Positions 58,450-64,000 of a stretch of DNA of 64,000 bases are shown here, one piece after another. A program made the translations under genes and the position numbers. The notes under the pieces are model-generated. The model saw only the letters and a program-made list of their open reading frames with translations, searched no databases and was not told where the DNA came from. The stretch is from Halocafeteria seosinensis (taxonomy: Eukaryota), in contig LVLI01000587.1 of assembly GCA_001687465.1 (NCBI GenBank), positions 1-64,000 of the forward strand. The letters run 5' to 3'. Position 1 is the stretch's first letter. Each line of letters starts with the position of its first letter.

Positions 58450-60459
58450 ATGGAGGAAGTCAAGCGTCAATTGATGGATTCCAAGGGTTTATTACAGTCT
58501 ACCTCCCTCTTGTCGTCGACTCTGAGTAGTCAGACAAGCTCTGGGAGCACAGGGGTGACCCCTAGGAACCATTTTATGGGTCGAAAAGAGCAGAAAAAGT
58601 GGGGGAAATCGCTGATTTTGCCCTCCAAAGAGGACATTTTGGGCTTTCTTCGCCATTCTACCACATACAATGACCGTGAAAATTTGTTCCATTTCACGGA
58701 CTACGAGGTCATCAAGTCCATCTGGACGGCCAATCACCGCCTATCCTTGATATCGAGCTTACAGCAGCAAAAACAAGGTGGAAGTGGAGCTGAAGAGATG
58801 CCCTTCCTGGAAGATGTGGTCATTGGTAAGTTCCGCTATATGCATACGCTAATTTTTCAAATTTAGCGTTCGGTACTATTCACGGAATCGAACTTACCCT
58901 TGCCGAACTTTTGGATGGCAGAACTACGGTCTCAGGAGCAAACTGGAAAATTGACATTACGGGAATCAGCTTTGGAAGATCCTAATCATCTAATCCATTT
59001 ACTCCAGGACAATATTCCAAGTTTTTTGGACTATCCGGAATGTTTACCCGATCGCGAGATGCGCAGTCTTTTTATCAACAAGATGAGAAATTGTCACTCA
59101 TGGAATGAACTGCAGGCAGCAGTGGGGACTTTGTTGGAGCAACTCATCCTTCGACAATACTCGATTCATGAAAACCAAAATGCCTCGGCCAAAATGGAAG
59201 AGCTTCTGTTGGAAGAAGAGGAAAATGAAAGCACTAAAAAGAGCACTAGCAAGCAGTCCGGTGCGTCCCGCAGGAAAAAGAAAAACAGCAAGAAGAGCAG
59301 TGCCAGTCAGAAGAGCTCTAACACGCATACTCAACAGATTTCTGGTTCCAGCAGTCCCTCGAGAAAGGGAACATACAAATGCAATGAGGAGGAACACGAA
59401 GATGGTGAGCCAGGCAATTCTACCAAGTCCTATTCACACCAGGAGATTGAGCATGAAGACATGCATGACGAAGGTGAAGACCCGCCTTCTCATAGTAGTT
59501 CTGCCCTCAATACAAGCAGCTCGAGCTCGCCTTTGCGAGATGCATTGTCCAAGCATGACGAACAAACTGCAGAGCAGGACGAGACAGATGGGCCGACACA
59601 AAGTGCGCTAGATACTAGTGCTCCAGACCTCAGACATGATGCGCACAAAAACGGTCGACAGTGCAGCAATCTTGCCGTGGATCCTTCAGCTTCACCAGTC
59701 CTTATCGAAGTTGGAAGAGAATACGGAGGAGCTGGTATTGTCTCTGAGCATGAGGCCGAATCCGCTTCCAGTACGAGTGGCTACAGTCCTAAATGGACAC
59801 GTGTGGTGGAACAACGATGCCATAGACGACGACACCGATACGTCACTGCTCCCCCACATGAGGAGCAAGAAGAGGATGACGACTATCACCACGTGCCTAC
59901 GGCTCCTTTGACCCCAACCACATACATTCGCCGCAACCAGACCACTTCAGCATCTGTGCATGAGGAACAAGAAGGAGAGCATCAGCCGCAGCCGTATGAT
60001 GATGACGAGGACCATGAGTATTATACTGCGTCCAGCCTTCGATCATGCAATAGTTATGACCCGAATGCCGAATCGGAGCGTCATTATCAGGAGCGTGTGC
60101 ATTTCATTCAAATGTACCAGCACTTATTGAATAATTATATCCAACAATCGAGGTGCTATCCACCTCCTCAGATCCAAGCAATGGCGCATGCACAAGCGTA
60201 TGCGCAAGTGTTTGGCGCCACGGATTACTCCAATGCCCCAGCTCAAGTGCTCCCCATGCACATGTATCCTGACCTCATGCTTGCCAAGGGACAAGTGTAT
60301 CCCTCCTCATCGATCAGTGCTCCTCAGCATCAGCATCAGCAGCAGGAGCAAGGGAGAGTGATTTCCGTGTATGGAGAAGACCAGCATAATCATCAACGGC
60401 GTCTTCGAGCCAATGCTGCCGAGTTCGTACCTGGAGTGTCCTCTCAGAAAGACACATAG
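58450..60459 (+). CDS. Two-exon protein with a C-terminal PAM2 (PABP-interacting) motif
   Basis: Exons 58450-58825 and 58922-60459 (phase 1). It has a MEELLLEEE..KK...RRKKK segment and a terminal RLRANAAEFVPG matching the PAM2 consensus LxxxAxEFVP. Confidence 0.7.
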
Positions 60460-60646
60460 TTCATCGTCATCGTCGTATAGACTATAGTACCGCAGCCGAA
60501 GACAATAGACTGTCCATCAACTTGGCTCAGTGTATCTGAGGTCATTTGGTTTGATTTCATTCATTTAAGAGGTAATTTCATTAATTAATTAATTGATTAA
60601 TTATATATCTATCTATAGTGTAGTGTGTGTGTGTGAATAAATAACA

Positions 60647-61648
60647 ATGGATTCCTTGAATAACGTGAATGCGTTGAAGGACCTCTTGGACCAATACCAG
60701 ACCCAAGACACGACAGATACAGGAGCTGCAGGTACGTACAACAAACAGAAAGGAATTAACGGTCACACCACTCGCCAGGAAAAAGATTTTGAGTGGAGAC
60801 AGGAATCGAAAGAACCTTTTCGACACTTGTTCGAATTTGAAATGTGCAGGAAGTGGAGGAGGAGGTTTGCATCCCGGAAATCTGTTCCCTGGGGATGAAA
60901 CTCGGAAGCAGGAGGACTCGTCAGCACAAGGTACGGCTCATCTCGTTGTTCAGACCGCCTGTCGATGTGTAAAATGTGATTGACGAACTGGGAACTGCAG
61001 TGGTGAATGCAAAAACCAAAGTCCTGTCGGGACCAGAATTGGCAGCAAGGAATCAGCAGCAGCACAAAGAAAATGACGCCAACGATGCAAGCGGAAAGAG
61101 ATCAACTGATCCCAAGGATATTTGGGATACCAATGAGGTGCCTGAAAAAGACGCAATCGATGATGAGGAGGATACCACCCGCGAGAGACCCGAGTAAGTC
61201 ACGCGACATGGTTCAAAATGGAGTAAAGTTTTTATCAGTTAGAGTTTCCTGACTTTTTTTGCAGTTATGATATTTTGTATAAACAGGCTGTAACAGCGGA
61301 GGATATGTATCTGGGTATATCAGAGAAAGATCCAGGATCGCATTCGTGTGAACTCATGGTAATCAAAGTGAAAATGCCTGGAGACCGAATGAAAGACATT
61401 GACTTGGATGTGACCGAACAGAGGATCCAAGTGATAAGTCCCAAATAGTAAGCTTTCATGGATATTCTTATTTGGTTATCTCTCAAGCCCCTGCATTGTT
61501 TCAAATTTACTATGCTCCCTACAGCAAACTGAGAACCTACTTGCCCGACCCCGTCAAACACCGCGACGGCAAGGCGAAATGGGACAGCAAAAATTCAACC
61601 CTAGTTGTCACTGTGCCTGTGCATAGAAAAGAGCCTTGGGAAATTTGA
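60647..61648 (+). CDS. DNAAF6: Dynein axonemal assembly factor 6 (PIH1D3/Twister), 5 exons
   Basis: Spliced product: KDIWDTNEV...RERPEYDILYKQAVTAEDMYLGISEKDPGSHSCELMVIKVKMPG..MKDIDLDVTEQRIQVISPKYKLRTYLPDPVKHRDGKAKWDSKNSTLVVTVPV. Confidence 0.9.
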
Positions 61649-62282
61649 GTAGTACCTATGTTGAATGCTTTCGCCGAGGAACTCAAACAACTGACTGCAA
61701 AAACATCAGTGAATTCGAGAAGCGTACACACTTGAAGTGCGCATTGAACCTCTCATTGGCTATTGAACTCAATTAATGGATACGCTGTTGGAGATATCAA
61801 AGGTGAATTCTGCATTTAGTTGACGCTGTAGTACAGGGCGCAAATGCTTCGTGGCGTTGGAGGTGGAACTGAACTCCGCCAGACTGCAACCCCATCGCGC
61901 CCGAATCCATCAGAATTCAACATTGATGACGTAGTTTGCCAACTTTGCCCGCATCAAATGATATACATTTTACATGCTACATTATTCCACACCAGATTCT
62001 GTTTGGGGCCAGCTGCCTGAGGAATCGAACGGAGGGACGATCCCGTCGCAACTTGCGACCTAATCCAAGCGACAGTGCGCTGGCTTCCCCCGAGTTCATA
62101 GCGAAGTGAATTCACCGTCGGATTGTCGAATGTTCGACTATCAGTCTGTGGACCCCTCTGGAGTGTGAATGCCGCATTTTGGGGTGTGTTGCATATTTAT
62201 CCAAACTAGAAGCGTGCAAAGAAAACAGAAAAACTTCCGTTGCGACGTCCTTTCCATCTGGATATCTTGAGTACGCAAGACA

Positions 62283-64000
62283 ATGCATTCGGTGCCCTTA
62301 GTGTCGTACGACCACTCAACTGGGCAGTTCAAAGCCCATGAGGAAGGAATCGAAGTGCTGGAAAAAATCGATGAATTCACCTCCGCTCACACCAGCGGCA
62401 GCTCCCGTGAGTCAATTGGTAAGTCGGTGTCGGAACGAGATGGGTTTGGTTTCCCCTTTGCCTTCCTCGTCATTGTACGGCGCAAATCAGAGGAGGGAAG
62501 GTTATTCAATGGTGCTAAATTGTTTCTAGTAGTTTCGGGAAATACAGTAGTGGTTTGATTTTAAATCAATCACGATTCTTGGAAATGTTATGTTCCAGGG
62601 TTGATAACCGTCGTTGGGCCACCGATGTCGGGTAAGAGCTGGCTGTTGAATGAAGTAGTTAAGGCGTTGAAAAGCCGAAATCTTCCGACTACGCATCTCT
62701 TGGACCATAAGTCTTCCTCCTCGCCAACGTCGGTGCCCGACAGTGGTAGTACCTACGATAACGGATTTCGGTATGGGGATAAAGATGATGATAGAACTCA
62801 GGGTATTCGGATATACGATTCCTGCTTCTGGAATGGAAACCAGCGCCTTCTTTTGCTCGATATGGAAGGAATGAGCCCAAGTAAATCCGATCACCTACCT
62901 GAATCTTTCGCTGCCACTTTGGTTTCTGTAGTCATGGCGGCTACAAGTGTGGTCATATTCAACACTTGTTATTCTGATGAGGAGGATGCCGTTCATAACA
63001 TGGGTTTATTAAGCTATGTCACGTCCGCAATGCGTCTTGAACAAGAAAATCCCGAAGATGCAGAAACATGGAGATCCTGTTTACCAGAAATGCTGTGGAC
63101 TGTACAAAACTATCCTGGAGTCCGAGAATCAGAGGCGGAAGGACCGGTTAATGCGAACGAATACATGGAAGCAATACTTTGTCGCAAGAGTACGTAGTGC
63201 ATAATGTAGTCCTGTATGTAAGTTAGCTTGAAGTTTTATGGTTTCTTTTCACTCCGCTTTTGCTGATGCAGACGGGAAAACTCGACATTCGCGAACCCTC
63301 AACAAAATCCGTAGCGATATCATGGAAGCATTTCCAAGTAGAAATTGTCTCGGCCTGGCGTCAATTAGGCAGAATCACTTAGCGAAAGAAGGCGAGACAG
63401 AAAGCAGCGAGGCGAAGCATATAACGGATCTACTGCTTCAAGACACTCCAGGAAAATCATCCGGAGGAGTTCCTGTCTCGGGTACCGTCTTGGCTAGAGT
63501 GATTGAGGTGGCTGTTGACGCCACCAACAGAGGCACACTTACTTCTATGATTCACGCTTGGGAAACTGGAATGTGGGAAAGTGGTCCCACTTTAGTTCGA
63601 ATAACCACTAACAAGTACACAAAAATGTTAAAAAGGTCAGTTCAGCGTAGATCGAAGAACGAACCGATCGTCTTATCAGCCTGTGGCTTTGATGAACCGG
63701 ACAACGATGACAGCACGGAAATTCCGGTAACAGACCTTCCATGCGATGACGAGTTTTTAAAGCAACAGGAGGAAATGGTCAAAGACACCGCGGTTACATT
63801 CTTTGAAAAACTATCCCCATCAAACATGAAATTGCGCATGTTCCGCCATTATGAGCAACAAATCCGCGACGAAATCGCCAACCAATTCAAAAACATTATA
63901 CGTGAGAATGCCCATGAGAAGTATCAGCATTGCTCTCAAATAGCTGAAGACGTTTGCGTCAATCCTGTTCGAAAGGTTTACAAAGAAGAAAACCGTAGCA
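62283..64000 (+). CDS. Guanylate-binding protein (GBP/atlastin family) GTPase, degenerate motifs, 3'-truncated by the window
   Basis: PLVSYD...FKAHEEGIEVLEKI, ITVVGPPMSGKSWLLN, TQGI, LLLDMEG, VIFN, PEMLWTVQNY, NKIRSDIMEAFPSRNC and VSGTVLARVIEVAVDATNRG. Introns near 62410-62598 and 63190-63271. Confidence 0.8.

Overview
Compact, intron-rich eukaryotic DNA with short GT-AG introns (mostly ~55-95 nt), standard genetic code and near-balanced GC. The host is a flagellated protist (it carries DNAAF6/PIH1D3); a stramenopile is plausible but not provable from this window. About 1-16 kb is a transposon/repeat nest. It holds a decayed RLE-type non-LTR retroelement end, two families of ~160-190 bp tandem arrays, and a spliced Mutator (MULE) DDE transposase with N-terminal C2H2 fingers. 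The transposase is head-to-head with a small PC4-like gene. A decayed unknown gene and a pseudogenised Gly-rich (GLUG-like) surface-protein gene follow, and 3363-15982 is bracketed by a TTAACGCCCGC inverted motif. About 17-64 kb is host genes. The first is a 15-exon gene that I splice by hand into one ~2326-aa chain with two fungal/oomycete-type chitin synthase modules. The first module is catalytically intact, with its EDR motif on a 7-nt microexon; the second has its key catalytic motifs degenerate. The rest are two lipid-anchored ankyrin genes flanking an ABCC/MRP transporter, a second metazoan-type chitin synthase, two more GLUG-like/mucin genes, a P2X-like receptor with an inverted pseudogene copy, a C2orf81/DUF4639-like gene, a PAM2-motif gene, DNAAF6 and a degenerate GBP-type GTPase. 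All exon models and family calls come from manual reading and motif recall; no searches were run.
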